A stretch of DNA of 50,880 nucleotides from Candidatus Eiseniibacteriota bacterium (GTDB lineage: Bacteria; Eisenbacteria; RBG-16-71-46; DASYSL01): contig JBKJJJ010000099.1 of the NCBI GenBank assembly GCA_046598045.1, positions 1-50,880 of the forward strand. Direction: 5' to 3'. The position numbers and the translations under genes were made by a program. The notes below the pieces were generated by a model. That model did not search any database and was not told where the DNA came from. It was given only the letters and a program-made list of their open reading frames with translations. Positions 1 through 10,265 of this stretch are shown in pieces (positions within the stretch are counted from its first letter, which is position 1; every line of letters begins with the position of its first letter).

Positions 1-1110
1 GGCTTGCGTCACGCCCTCGATCAGGCCGACCTGCGTGCGCCCGGTGGGACCCGAGGCGAACCAGCGGTGGTTGTCGGCGTCGAGCGCATCGTCGGGCAGG
101 AATGCCTCGCCGCCCGCGGCCGGCACCTCGGTGAGCGGCACGAGCGCGCTGCCCTCGCCGGTGCCGAGCGTGACGAACGCGCGGCCGATTTCGCGCGCGC
201 CGGCGCCGGCGCCCGCGCGCACGCCGACCGCGACCTCGCCCGGTGCCGCGCCGAAGCTCCTGACCGTGACCTCGGCCGCCCCACCCCCTGCGGCCGCGAG
301 CTGGATGCCCGCCGGACGCGACGGCAAGAGATCGCCCGCGTCCGAGGATAGCCCGGGCGCGCTCGCGGACGCGCCGCGCAGGTGCGCACCGGTGAGCGCG
401 AGGTTCTCAGGTCGCGCGGCCTCGCCCACGGGCAGGATGTAGAAGCGCAGCCCGGGCGGCAAAGCCTGCGCCCCGGACGAATCGCGCGCCGCGCCGACCA
501 GGCCGGCGACCTGCAGGTCGGAGATCAGGAACAGCTCCTTGTTGAGCTGCGGGCGGCGGCGCAGCAGGTCCACGCCCTGCGCGATCGCGGCCTCGAGGTC
601 GGTCGGAAACGGCCGCGGCGCGAGCGCCTCGATCGCGGAAGCGGCGCGGCCGTGGTCGGTGGTCGCGTTCGGGAACAGCGGCTCGGGCCGCGCGTCGAAT
701 GGCACGACCTGGATCTCGTCACCGGGCTCGAGCGCGTCGAGCACCGCGTGCGCCCGCTCCCGCGCGCGCACGGAGAGCGCGGTGCGCGACTCGAGCGCCC
801 CCATCGAGGCCGAGCGGTCGATCAGGAGCACGATCGACGACGCGGCGCCCTCGCCGCCCTTCCCGAGCGCGCCCTTGAGCGCCGGTCGCGACAGCGCGAG
901 CGCGAGCAACGTGATTGCCAGCACGCGCAGCGCGAGCAGCAGCAGCTCGCGCAGGCGGAAACGCCGCAGTTGCGCGACGTTGACCTCGCGCAGGAACTCG
1001 ACCGAGGAGAACGGAATCCGCCGCGGGCGCTTGCGCGTCAGCAGGTGGATCACGATCGGGATTGCGGCGGCCCCGAGGCCCAGCAGGTAGAGCGGGTTGA
1101 GGAAGGTCAT
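1..1110 (-). CDS. BatA-type N-terminal double-TM / vWA-domain protein (runs off the left edge)
   Basis: Not in the ORF track as given; read manually from ATG at 1110: MTFLNPLYLLGLGAAAIPIVIHLLTRKRPRRIPFSSVEFL...LLLLALRVLAITLLALALSRP, then vWA-like VVLLIDRSASMG. Typical third gene of moxR-DUF58 loci. Confidence 0.85.
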   Translation of the reverse strand, partial: MTFLNPLYLLGLGAAAIPIVIHLLTRKRPRRIPFSSVEFLREVNVAQLRRFRLRELLLLALRVLAITLLALALSRPALKGALGKGGEGAASSIVLLIDRSASMGALESRTALSVRARERAHAVLDALEPGDEIQVVPFDARPEPLFPNATTDHGRAASAIEALAPRPFPTDLEAAIAQGVDLLRRRPQLNKELFLISDLQVAGLVGAARDSSGAQALPPGLRFYILPVGEAARPENLALTGAHLRGASASAPGLSSDAGDLLPSRPAGIQLAAAGGGAAEVTVRSFGAAPGEVAVGVRAGAGAGAREIGRAFVTLGTGEGSALVPLTEVPAAGGEAFLPDDALDADNHRWFASGPTGRTQVGLIEGVTQA

Positions 1111-1113
1111 CGT

Positions 1114-2027
1114 CTAATGGAGCCGCCGCCGCTTCTCGAGGTAGCGGTAGAGCGCCTGGTCGTAGGGCGTCCTGGTGTCGAGCGCGACGTAGTCGATCTG
1201 GGCACGCCGGCACTCGGTGCGGTAGCGCTCCGCCCACGCGTCGATGCGCTCCTTGTAACCGCCACGCACCTCCCACGGCTCGAGCGCGACCTCCTCGTCG
1301 GTCTCCGAGTCGACGAACGTCGCCGGCTGGTCGAAGTCGAACGTCCACTCGGCCGGGTCCATGATGTGGAACACGAGCACCTCGTGCTGCCGGTGCCGGA
1401 AGTGCGCGAGTCCCGACAGCACCTCGTCCGGCGGGGACAGGAGGTCCGAGAACAGCACCACGAGGCCGCGCCGGCGGATGCGTTCGGCAAGGTGGTGCAG
1501 CGACGCGGGCAGCGCGGTCCTGCCGGCCGCCCGCACCTGGTCGAGCTCGCGCAGCAGCACCTCGAGGTGCGAGCGGCGCGCGCGGGCGGGCACGAAGCGC
1601 TCGATCTTCTCGGCGAACGTGAGCAGGCCGACCGCGTCCTGCTGCTGGAGCATGAGGTACGCCAGCGCGGCGGCGAGCGCGCGCGCGTACTCGAGCTTGC
1701 TCACCTCGCCGGGGCGCGAGACGTAGCCCATCGAGGCCGAGTGGTCGAGCACCAGGTGGGCGCGCAGGTTGGTCTCGTCCTCGTACTGCTTGACGTAGAA
1801 GCGGTCGCTCTTGCCGTAGACCTTCCAGTCGACGGACTTGAGCGGATCACCGGGCATGTACGGCCGGTGCTCGACGAACTCGACCGAAAACCCGTGGAAC
1901 GGGGACCGGTGGAGGCCCGAGATGAACCCCTCGACCACGAGCCGCGCCTTGAGGTCGAGCCCCGCCAACCGCGACACGACCGACGGATCGAGGAAGCGGC
2001 GCGACAGGCCCGCGGGCGTTTCGACGC

Positions 2028-2031
<4 letters not shown>
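1114..2031 (-). CDS. DUF58 family protein (vWA-like MoxR partner)
   Basis: Motifs [39 protein letters not shown]. The GTG start overlaps the moxR stop. Confidence 0.92.
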
Positions 2032-3032
<1,001 letters not shown>

Positions 3033-3138
3033 GCCCAGCCTCCGATCCGAAGCACAAAAACCCGCCACGGCCCGGCTCCGGGCCACCGCGGTCGTTTCCC
3101 GAGTGGGCGCGCCCGGCGTGCCGCGGGCGCGGACCATG

Positions 3139-3167
3139 AGCCTAGCAGCGCATCGGGGGCCGGGCAA
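3139..3167 (-). promoter_or_regulatory. candidate sigma70 promoter for the moxR operon
   Basis: Minus strand TTGCCC-17 nt-TAGGCT with a TGn extension. Confidence 0.45.
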
Positions 3168-3220
3168 CGCGCCCCGGGCGGGTTATCGCGAATTGGACGA
3201 AAACCTGACGCGCCCGCCCC

Positions 3221-4174
3221 TCAGCCCTCGCGCGCTTCCTTCACCCAGTGGCCGCTGCCCTTGTTGCGCAGGACCGGGGCCGAGGGGTCGATCGGCAGGA
3301 TCGACGCCTTCTCGATCCGGTCGATGCGGAACGACTTGGGCGCCTGGTCGAGGTGGCAGTAACCCTCGAGGAACAGGGTCCCCTCGCGCGCGAACAGGTG
3401 GGACGGGGTCACGCGGCGCGGGCCGGTGCCCTTGGTGCCGCCGCGGTACTCCACTGTCAGGTCGGCGTGCGCGGCGACCGCCTCGTCGATCGCGACGAGG
3501 TCCGGCGGCAGCTCGTAGGGAATCTCGGAGAACTGGTCGAACGTGAGCAGCCCGCCCGCGAGTTTGCACACGTCCTCGACCGTGAGCGTCTCAGCCGGGC
3601 CCATCGCAGACACGCAGCGCCGGAACAGTTCCATGGTCGAGAGGGCGTCGGGCAGCGCGCGGTGCGCCGCCACCTCGGGCAGGCCGAGGAACTGGACGAG
3701 TGTCGGCAGCGCGTAGTTGCGCGCGCCGGGGAACAGGCGCTTCGGCAGGATCGACGTATCGAGCGCCGCGATGCGCGGCACGCCCTTGCCCGCGCGCAGG
3801 AGCGCGTAGGTCATCGCGCCGAGGTCGAACGGCACGTAATGCGCGACCAGCACGCCGTCGCCGATGAACGAGAAGAAACGTTCGAGCCCCTCGACCGGTG
3901 TCGGGCGGCCCATGACGTCGGCGTCGGTGATGCCGTGGATCTTGATGACCTCGGGCGGCATCGACACGCCCGGGTTCACCAGCTCGGCGAACGTGGTCTC
4001 GATGTCGGCCGGCGCGGTCCCCCCCTCGGGCGCCGGCCCGGGCTTGAAGCGAAAGCGCACGCCCGCGATCTCGACCAGGCGGGCCGAGACGTTCGAGTAG
4101 CCGGTGGCTTCGGTGTCGAACGCCACCCAGGGCACATCGGACAGGCGGCGCTGGAGGAGGGGCGTCACATCCAT
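3221..4174 (-). CDS. DEDDh (DnaQ-like) 3'-5' exonuclease fused to a C-terminal WYL domain
   Basis: ExoI FDTEATG, ExoII AHYVPFD, ExoIII HRALPDA. C-terminal WYL pattern LTVEY...RRVTP..L......FLEGYCHL....KSFRIDRI. Confidence 0.85.
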   Translation of the reverse strand: MDVTPLLQRRLSDVPWVAFDTEATGYSNVSARLVEIAGVRFRFKPGPAPEGGTAPADIETTFAELVNPGVSMPPEVIKIHGITDADVMGRPTPVEGLERFFSFIGDGVLVAHYVPFDLGAMTYALLRAGKGVPRIAALDTSILPKRLFPGARNYALPTLVQFLGLPEVAAHRALPDALSTMELFRRCVSAMGPAETLTVEDVCKLAGGLLTFDQFSEIPYELPPDLVAIDEAVAAHADLTVEYRGGTKGTGPRRVTPSHLFAREGTLFLEGYCHLDQAPKSFRIDRIEKASILPIDPSAPVLRNKGSGHWVKEAREG

Positions 4175-4236
4175 GGCCGCACTATAGCAGCATCGCAGCG
4201 TGGCGGGCCGTCGCCGGGGGCCGTATGCTGCGCGGC

Positions 4237-5682
4237 GTGACCGCACTCCTCCCGGCCTCCACGCCCGGCCTGTTCCGCTTCGCCGGCAGCGACGTCGTCC
4301 TGCTCGTCCTGTACGGCGCATTCCTGGTCTACATCACCGCGCGCCTCTTCGGTCCCAACCGGCGCGACGTGAGCGAGTACCTCGTGGCCTCGCGCGCGGT
4401 CACGCTGCCGGGCTTCGTCGCGACGCTGGTCTCGACCTGGTACGGCGGTATCCTCGCGGTCGGCGAGTACTCCTACCGCTACGGCGTCTCGAACTGGCTC
4501 GTGTTCGGCGTCCCCTACTACCTGTGGGCCGCGGTCTTCGCGATCTTCCTCGCGCGGCGCGCGCACAATTCGTACGTCTACACGCTGCCCGATCAGCTCT
4601 ACGGCGCGTACGGCAAGCCCACGGGCGCGCTCGGCGCATCGCTGGTCTTCCTCTACGTCGCGCCCGCGAGTTACGTGCTCATGCTCGGCACGCTGCTCGG
4701 CATCGCGTTCGGCTGGCCGCTGTGGTTCGGCGTCGTGCTCGGAACGCTGTTCAGCGTGATGTACCTGTTCCGCGGCGGGCTGCGCTCGATCGTGATCACC
4801 GAGCGCGTGCAGTTCGTGCTCATGTTCGGCGGCTTCGCGGTGATCCTGCCCTACCTGTTCGCGCATCACGGCGGCTGGGCGTTCCTGCGCGCGTCGCTCC
4901 CCGCCACGCACTGGCAGTGGAACGGCGGCCTGCCGCCGCAATCGGTGTTCGTGTGGTACGCGATCGCGATGATCACGCTGGTCGAGCCCGCATTCTACCA
5001 GCGCTGCTACGCCGCGAAATCGCCGAAGGTCGCGCGCAACGGGATCCTGGTGTCGATTCTCTTTTGGATGGTGTTCGATTTCATGACCACGACCGTCGGC
5101 CTCTACGCGCGCGCCGTCCTGCCGCACCTCGCCGATCCGGCGCAGGCGTACCCCGCGCTCGCCGCGCTCGAGTTGCCGTCGATCGCGCTCGGCCTGTTCA
5201 CGCTCGGCATGCTCGCGACCGTGATGTCGACGGTGGACTCCTACGCGTTCGTCTCGGCGGTCACGCTCGGGCGCGACCTGTGGTGGCGCCTCCGGGGCGG
5301 GGACGAGGAGACGGTCGTGCCGCGCGCGACGCGCTTCGGGCTGTTCCTCGTGGCCGCGCTGTCGATCGCGGTCGCGCTGATCTGGCAGGACGTGATCACG
5401 CTCTGGCACGACTTCGGGTCGATCGCGACGCCCGCGCTGCTCGCGCCCACGATGGGCGCGCTGTTCCCGCGCGTGCGCATGCGGCCGTGGTTCGCGTTCG
5501 CCTCGATGCTGCTGTCGGCGGTCGCGGGTGTGGCGTGGCTGGTTGCGGGGAAACTCGCAGGGGGCGCGTATCCGCTGGGCGTGGAGCCGATCTACGTGGG
5601 GTTGCTCGCGTCGGCGGTGGTGTGGGGGTTGGATCGGGTGATCTCGCGCACGCGTGTTGTGGGATCGGAGGTTCGTCCGTGA
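4237..5682 (+). CDS. sodium:solute symporter (SSS) family transporter
   Basis: About 13 hydrophobic segments; EYLVASR, TLVSTWYGG, GGLRSIVITERVQF, YQRCYAAKS, ATVMSTVDS. GTG start 7 nt after TATGCT (an alternative ATG is at 4225). Confidence 0.9.
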   Translation: MTALLPASTPGLFRFAGSDVVLLVLYGAFLVYITARLFGPNRRDVSEYLVASRAVTLPGFVATLVSTWYGGILAVGEYSYRYGVSNWLVFGVPYYLWAAVFAIFLARRAHNSYVYTLPDQLYGAYGKPTGALGASLVFLYVAPASYVLMLGTLLGIAFGWPLWFGVVLGTLFSVMYLFRGGLRSIVITERVQFVLMFGGFAVILPYLFAHHGGWAFLRASLPATHWQWNGGLPPQSVFVWYAIAMITLVEPAFYQRCYAAKSPKVARNGILVSILFWMVFDFMTTTVGLYARAVLPHLADPAQAYPALAALELPSIALGLFTLGMLATVMSTVDSYAFVSAVTLGRDLWWRLRGGDEETVVPRATRFGLFLVAALSIAVALIWQDVITLWHDFGSIATPALLAPTMGALFPRVRMRPWFAFASMLLSAVAGVAWLVAGKLAGGAYPLGVEPIYVGLLASAVVWGLDRVISRTRVVGSEVRP

Positions 5683-6380
5683 ATCGTGACTCGTTGGCGA
5701 CAACTTGGATCATTTCCTTGAGTGCCCTACTCAGCATTGCGTGGGCGGCATGGGCCGATGACGGCTCGATCGAGGCGGTCAGCGGCGCGGTCCGCGCCAT
5801 GAAACCCCACGCCACGATCGAGATGGAATCGGAGTTCGTCCACCTGCGCGTTCAGCCCAACCGCCTTGAAGCGGAATGCGTGTTCGTCCTGCACAACCAT
5901 GGTCCGGCGACCAGGGTCACGATCGGCTTCCCCAGCCGATCGAGCGGAGCGGACGTGAATCGTGCGACACCGTTCGAATCGTTTCGTTCGTTCGTGGACG
6001 GCGCCCCTGTTCCCGCGCGAGAACTGCCGGACTCATCCTTCTCCGGGGCCGAAAGCTTCGGCTCCTGGTGGGTCAAGGAGGTCGCTTTCGGGCGCGATCA
6101 GAGACGATGCGTCCGCGATCTCTACGTTGCTCGCCCTGGCTCCAGTTACCCCGACACGTATTGGATCGAGTACGTCCTGGAGACGGGGGCAACATGGGCT
6201 GGCCCGATCGGGGTCGCGGACATTGTGCTCACCCTGGACGGGGTGCCCTCGAAATCGATCACCAGCATCGATCCGAAGCCGACTTCACGAAGCGACCACG
6301 AGATTCGCTGGCACTTCGAGAACATCGAGCCGGACCTAGACTCCGGACTCGCCCTGATAACCCTCCGATGGAGAAAGTGA
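5679..6380 (+). CDS. secreted protein, DUF4424-like
   Basis: Signal peptide, then ADDGS..., IEMESEFV, F.SFVDG, YVLETGATWAGPIG, which resemble DUF4424. GTG start overlaps the SSS stop. Confidence 0.65.
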   Translation: MNRDSLATTWIISLSALLSIAWAAWADDGSIEAVSGAVRAMKPHATIEMESEFVHLRVQPNRLEAECVFVLHNHGPATRVTIGFPSRSSGADVNRATPFESFRSFVDGAPVPARELPDSSFSGAESFGSWWVKEVAFGRDQRRCVRDLYVARPGSSYPDTYWIEYVLETGATWAGPIGVADIVLTLDGVPSKSITSIDPKPTSRSDHEIRWHFENIEPDLDSGLALITLRWRK

Positions 6381-6413
6381 CCCGGCCCCTCCGGCCCGCT
6401 AGACTGTCCCGCC

Positions 6414-6761
6414 ATGACCATTGCCCAGTTCAAGACAATCGCGCTCGCGCTGCCCGAGGCCGCCGAGTCGGCGCACATGGGGCATCCGGATTTCCGCGTG
6501 AGAGGAAAGGTGTTCGCCTCGCTCGGCTACCCGGACCAAGGGCACGGGATGGTCAAGCTCGTGCCCGGTCAGCAGTCGCTGTTCGTCGAGGCCGAGCCCG
6601 CGATGTTCTTCCCGGCGAAGGGCGCATGGGGCAGGCAGGGCGCGACCTGCGTCGTACTGCGCGCGGCCAAGGCGAAGCCGCTCCGCGCCGCGCTGACCGC
6701 GGCGTGGCGCAACACAGCGCCCAAGCCGCTCGTGCGCGTGTTCGACGAGGAGACCGCGTGA
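6414..6761 (+). CDS. MmcQ/YjbR family DNA-binding protein
   Basis: ALALPEAAESAHMGHPDFRVRGKVFASL and GAWGRQGAT are characteristic. Confidence 0.88.
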   Translation: MTIAQFKTIALALPEAAESAHMGHPDFRVRGKVFASLGYPDQGHGMVKLVPGQQSLFVEAEPAMFFPAKGAWGRQGATCVVLRAAKAKPLRAALTAAWRNTAPKPLVRVFDEETA

Positions 6762-7324
6762 GCATCGAGCCGATCCCCGCCATGAAGTCGGTCGTCACCG
6801 ACGGTCCCGAGGGCTTGACGGTCGTGATGCCCGCGCGTCGCCACGCGCCGGTGCTCTTCCTCGTGCCCCTGTGGCTGGCGTTCTGGCTGTTCGGCGGCTT
6901 GACCGCGGCCCGGGGCGTGCAGAGCACAGCCGGCGCGACGCCCTTCCTAGTGATCTGGCTGACGGTCTGGGGCGCCGCCGGCCTCCTGGCGATCTCGTCG
7001 TGGCTCTGGATGTTCGCAGGGCATGAGCGGCTGGTCGTCGGGTCGGGCCGCCTCATGCACGGCTACCAGCTGTTCGCGTTCGAGATCCCACGCGAGTACG
7101 ACCTGGCCGCGGTCCGCCACCTGCGCTCGACGCCGAACTTGCTCAGCCTCACCGCCACGTCGTTCGGCGCGCGGATGTGGGGCCTGGGCACGGGCGCAAT
7201 TGCGTTCGACTACGGGTCGAAGACGGTGTACGTCGGCTCGGGCATCGACGAAGCCGAGGGCGGGATGATCGTGCGCAAGATCCGGGGCCGCCATACGTTC
7301 GCCGACGACGACGAGAAGGAGTGA
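6758..7324 (+). CDS. hypothetical membrane protein (two TM segments plus a soluble domain)
   Basis: GTGA overlap with the previous gene; two hydrophobic helices; C-terminal IAFDYGSKT...GSGIDEAE. Confidence 0.7.
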   Translation: MSIEPIPAMKSVVTDGPEGLTVVMPARRHAPVLFLVPLWLAFWLFGGLTAARGVQSTAGATPFLVIWLTVWGAAGLLAISSWLWMFAGHERLVVGSGRLMHGYQLFAFEIPREYDLAAVRHLRSTPNLLSLTATSFGARMWGLGTGAIAFDYGSKTVYVGSGIDEAEGGMIVRKIRGRHTFADDDEKE

Positions 7325-7327
7325 ACC

Positions 7328-7834
7328 ATGGACCTGCTGGACCGCCTGCTCGGGCACGACGCCTGGACCACGCGCCAACTGCTATTGCGCGCGCAGGAAC
7401 TCTCCGACGCGCAGCTCGACCAGGACTTCGACCTGTCGCACCGCACGGTGCGCGCCACGTTCCTCCACATCGTGTGGAACATGGAGGCGTGGACCGACGG
7501 GCTGGAAGGCCGCCCGCTTCGCCCCAACCCCGGGAAGGCGCCCGAGGGCCGAACCATCCCCGGCCTGATCGCGCGGCTCGATGCGGCGGAGCTCGGCCTC
7601 GCGCAAATCGCCCGGTCGGTGCGCGATCGCGGCGCCCTCGACGAGCGCTGGCGGGATCAGCCCGACGACCCGTCGACCGAGAAATCCTACGGCGGCGCGA
7701 TCGCGCACGTGATCACGCACAGCATGCACCACCGCGCGCAACTGATTGACATGCTCCGGAAGCTCGGCGTGAACGACCTGCCCGAGGGGGACGTGTTGAG
7801 CTGGGAGCAGCAGGCGCTTCCGGATTCGGCATGA
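7328..7834 (+). CDS. DinB family protein
   Basis: HDAWTT, TFLHIV, HVITHSMHHRAQ (His triad). Confidence 0.9.
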   Translation: MDLLDRLLGHDAWTTRQLLLRAQELSDAQLDQDFDLSHRTVRATFLHIVWNMEAWTDGLEGRPLRPNPGKAPEGRTIPGLIARLDAAELGLAQIARSVRDRGALDERWRDQPDDPSTEKSYGGAIAHVITHSMHHRAQLIDMLRKLGVNDLPEGDVLSWEQQALPDSA

Positions 7835-8694
7835 TTCGCGCCCTTGTGTTCGCCGCGTGGATGATCACGAGCTCATCGATTGCGCCCGACCTCGAGGCAG
7901 GGACCCGCGGCGACACGATCCGCGTTCATGCAGCCCGCATGCCGGTCTGGAAGCCGACGATCCGCCTTCCGGGGCCCCTTCCAGACTCGGTCTACGAAGC
8001 GCTGCAGAACGCGACCGGCGTCCAGGCGTTCCTCATGAATGGCTGCGGGCCACCGCCGGGCGGGCAGCCGCTCATTGGACCCTTGCACAATCGCTTCGAC
8101 GCCGTCGCCGTGCGCCCGGGCCGGAAACTTCCTCCGATCCTGGCGGCGCGGCTCACTCGGCTCCTGCTCGATGCGTCCCGCTACACGGGCATTCAGCACA
8201 AATGCGGGTTCTGCGCGGACGTGGCCTATGACGTGTATTCTCCCCGTGACACTGTGTCTGTGTTTGTTTCTCGGTGCCTGGATGTCGGCATGCAGGGCAG
8301 ATCCGAGTCCGGCGGAGCGCAATTTTCCAACGACGCGCGCGAGCTCGCGGACATCGTCACTCGTGCGTTTCCGGAGGACACCCTGGCCATGAAGATCCGG
8401 CGCGATGCGGTGGAGAGCCAGGAAGCCCGCGCTCATCTTGCCGAGACTCCCCGGCCGGCCTACCCGCCCGATGACCTGGGCTTTCGGTATCTCGCGATGC
8501 GGGGCGACTCCGTTCAGATCGTGCACGACGACAAGGTCGCGGCCACCCTCCGAGGCGCGAAGGCCAGCCAGTTCCTGGCCCGCGTAACCGCGCTCGAATT
8601 CGGGGCCGCCCAACAGCTCATGGCGCGACTCACCGGCAATTACAAGCGCGGCAATGAGCGCAGCGCGAAGGATCATTCGCGCAATCGTCCATAG
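7831..8694 (+). CDS. hypothetical secreted protein
   Basis: ATGA overlap with the dinB-family gene; N-terminal signal-like segment; several Cys (CGFC). No family recognised. Confidence 0.55.
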   Translation: MIRALVFAAWMITSSSIAPDLEAGTRGDTIRVHAARMPVWKPTIRLPGPLPDSVYEALQNATGVQAFLMNGCGPPPGGQPLIGPLHNRFDAVAVRPGRKLPPILAARLTRLLLDASRYTGIQHKCGFCADVAYDVYSPRDTVSVFVSRCLDVGMQGRSESGGAQFSNDARELADIVTRAFPEDTLAMKIRRDAVESQEARAHLAETPRPAYPPDDLGFRYLAMRGDSVQIVHDDKVAATLRGAKASQFLARVTALEFGAAQQLMARLTGNYKRGNERSAKDHSRNRP

Positions 8695-8719
8695 AACGCT
8701 GCATGCTATCCTCGCGCCC

Positions 8720-9247
8720 ATGAGCCGCGCGTTCACCAAAGAGGACTCGTGGGAGGAGCCGGCGGTCCCCCCTCGCGCTTCGCTCCCTCCCGGCGTGCCG
8801 AACTATGTCACCCCGCGCGGCCTCGCGCTCCTGCGCGAGGAGTACGCCGCACGTGAAGCCGAGCGCGCCCTGCTCGAGAACGAAGTCCGCGACGAAGCCG
8901 AGCGCCGCAAGCGCCGCGCCGGGATCACGCGCCAGCAGAGCGACCTCGCCGCCCGCATTGCGAGCGCCGAGGTCGTCGAGCCCGGGCGCCAGGCCCAGGA
9001 CCGGGTGCACTTCGGCGCGCGCGTCACGCTGCGCACGGTGAGCGGCAAGCATGCCGGCGAGGTCCGCAACCTGCAGATCGTGGGCGTCGACGAGGCCGAC
9101 CCCGAGCAGGGCCGCGTCACCTTCCTCGCGCCGATCGCGCGCGCGATGATCGGCCACGCCGCCGGGGACACCGTCACGTTGCAGACCGGTGACGGCGAGG
9201 AACGCCTCACGATCGAGGACATCGCCTACGAGGAGGCCGCTCCGTGA
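8720..9247 (+). CDS. GreA/GreB family transcription factor (MSRAFxKE subgroup)
   Basis: NYVTPRGL, VHFGARVTL, IVGVDEADPEQGRVTFLAPIARAMIG...GD. Confidence 0.88.
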   Translation: MSRAFTKEDSWEEPAVPPRASLPPGVPNYVTPRGLALLREEYAAREAERALLENEVRDEAERRKRRAGITRQQSDLAARIASAEVVEPGRQAQDRVHFGARVTLRTVSGKHAGEVRNLQIVGVDEADPEQGRVTFLAPIARAMIGHAAGDTVTLQTGDGEERLTIEDIAYEEAAP

Positions 9248-9780
9248 TGGCCTCGGTGTTCATCGCCGCCAGCCTCGACGGTTTCATCGCGCGCCCGGAC
9301 GGCGGGCTCGACTGGCTCGCCCCGGGCCCCGACGGCACGCCGGGCGAGGACCACGGCTACCACGCGTTCATCGACACGGTCGACGCGATCCTGATCGGCC
9401 GGAACACGTTCGACATCGTGCTCGGGTTCGACGCCTGGCCGTACGGTGACAAGCCGGTCTGGGTCCTCACCAATCGTCCGCTGCCCGGCGTGCTCCCCGA
9501 GGGCGCGAACGTACGGACGATCGCGGGCAACGCGCCGGGCGTCGTCGCCGCGATGGAAGCCGACGGCGTGCGCCACGCCTACGTCGACGGCGGCGTCACC
9601 GTCCAGGCGTTCCTCGCCGCCGGCCTGATCCAGAGTTTGGTCGTGAACCACATCCCGGTGCTGCTCGGAGCGGGCATCCCGTTGTTCGGCCCGCTGCCGG
9701 GCGACGTGCGCCTCAGGCACATCGCGACCCAGACCTATCCGAGCGGGTTCGTCCAGAGCCGGTACGAGGTCCTGCCTTGA
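9247..9780 (+). CDS. dihydrofolate reductase-like (RibD C-terminal) protein
   Basis: FIAASLDGFIA, IGRNTF, YVDGG, IPVLLGAGIPLF. Confidence 0.9.
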   Translation: MASVFIAASLDGFIARPDGGLDWLAPGPDGTPGEDHGYHAFIDTVDAILIGRNTFDIVLGFDAWPYGDKPVWVLTNRPLPGVLPEGANVRTIAGNAPGVVAAMEADGVRHAYVDGGVTVQAFLAAGLIQSLVVNHIPVLLGAGIPLFGPLPGDVRLRHIATQTYPSGFVQSRYEVLP

Positions 9781-10190
9781 CCGTGCGCGCGTTCCTACCC
9801 GCCGACATCGCCGCCGTGCGCGCGCTGTGGGCGACGTGCGAAGGTCTCGGCGACGGGCCCGGCGATTCGGAGGCGGGCCTCACGCGCTTCCTCGCGCGCA
9901 ACCCCGGGCTGTCGCAGGTCGCGCTCGAAGACCACGCGATCGTCGGCGCCGTGCTCTGCGGTCACGACGGCCGGCGCGGCTTCATTTATCGGCTGGGAGT
10001 CTCCCCCGCGCACCGCCGCCAGGGCATCGCGCGCGCGCTGATCGAGCGCTGCCTCGCGCAATTGCGGGCCGAGGGCATCGAACGCGCGATGCTGTTCGTG
10101 CTCGCGGACAACCCCGAGGCACGAGGGTTCTGGGAGAGCGTGGGCGGGAAGTGGCGGGAGAAGCTGGTGCTGTACTCGATCGATCTGTAA
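9777..10190 (+). CDS. GNAT family N-acetyltransferase (YpeA-like)
   Basis: GHDGRRGFIYRLGVSPAHRRQGIARAL; N.EARGFW. Confidence 0.9.
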   Translation: MTVRAFLPADIAAVRALWATCEGLGDGPGDSEAGLTRFLARNPGLSQVALEDHAIVGAVLCGHDGRRGFIYRLGVSPAHRRQGIARALIERCLAQLRAEGIERAMLFVLADNPEARGFWESVGGKWREKLVLYSIDL

Positions 10191-10265
10191 CCTGCCACAC
10201 CCTACCGCTGCGAGTAGGCAGCCCATGCCGGCCACGTGCGCTCACAGTCCCACTCAGAGGTGTCC

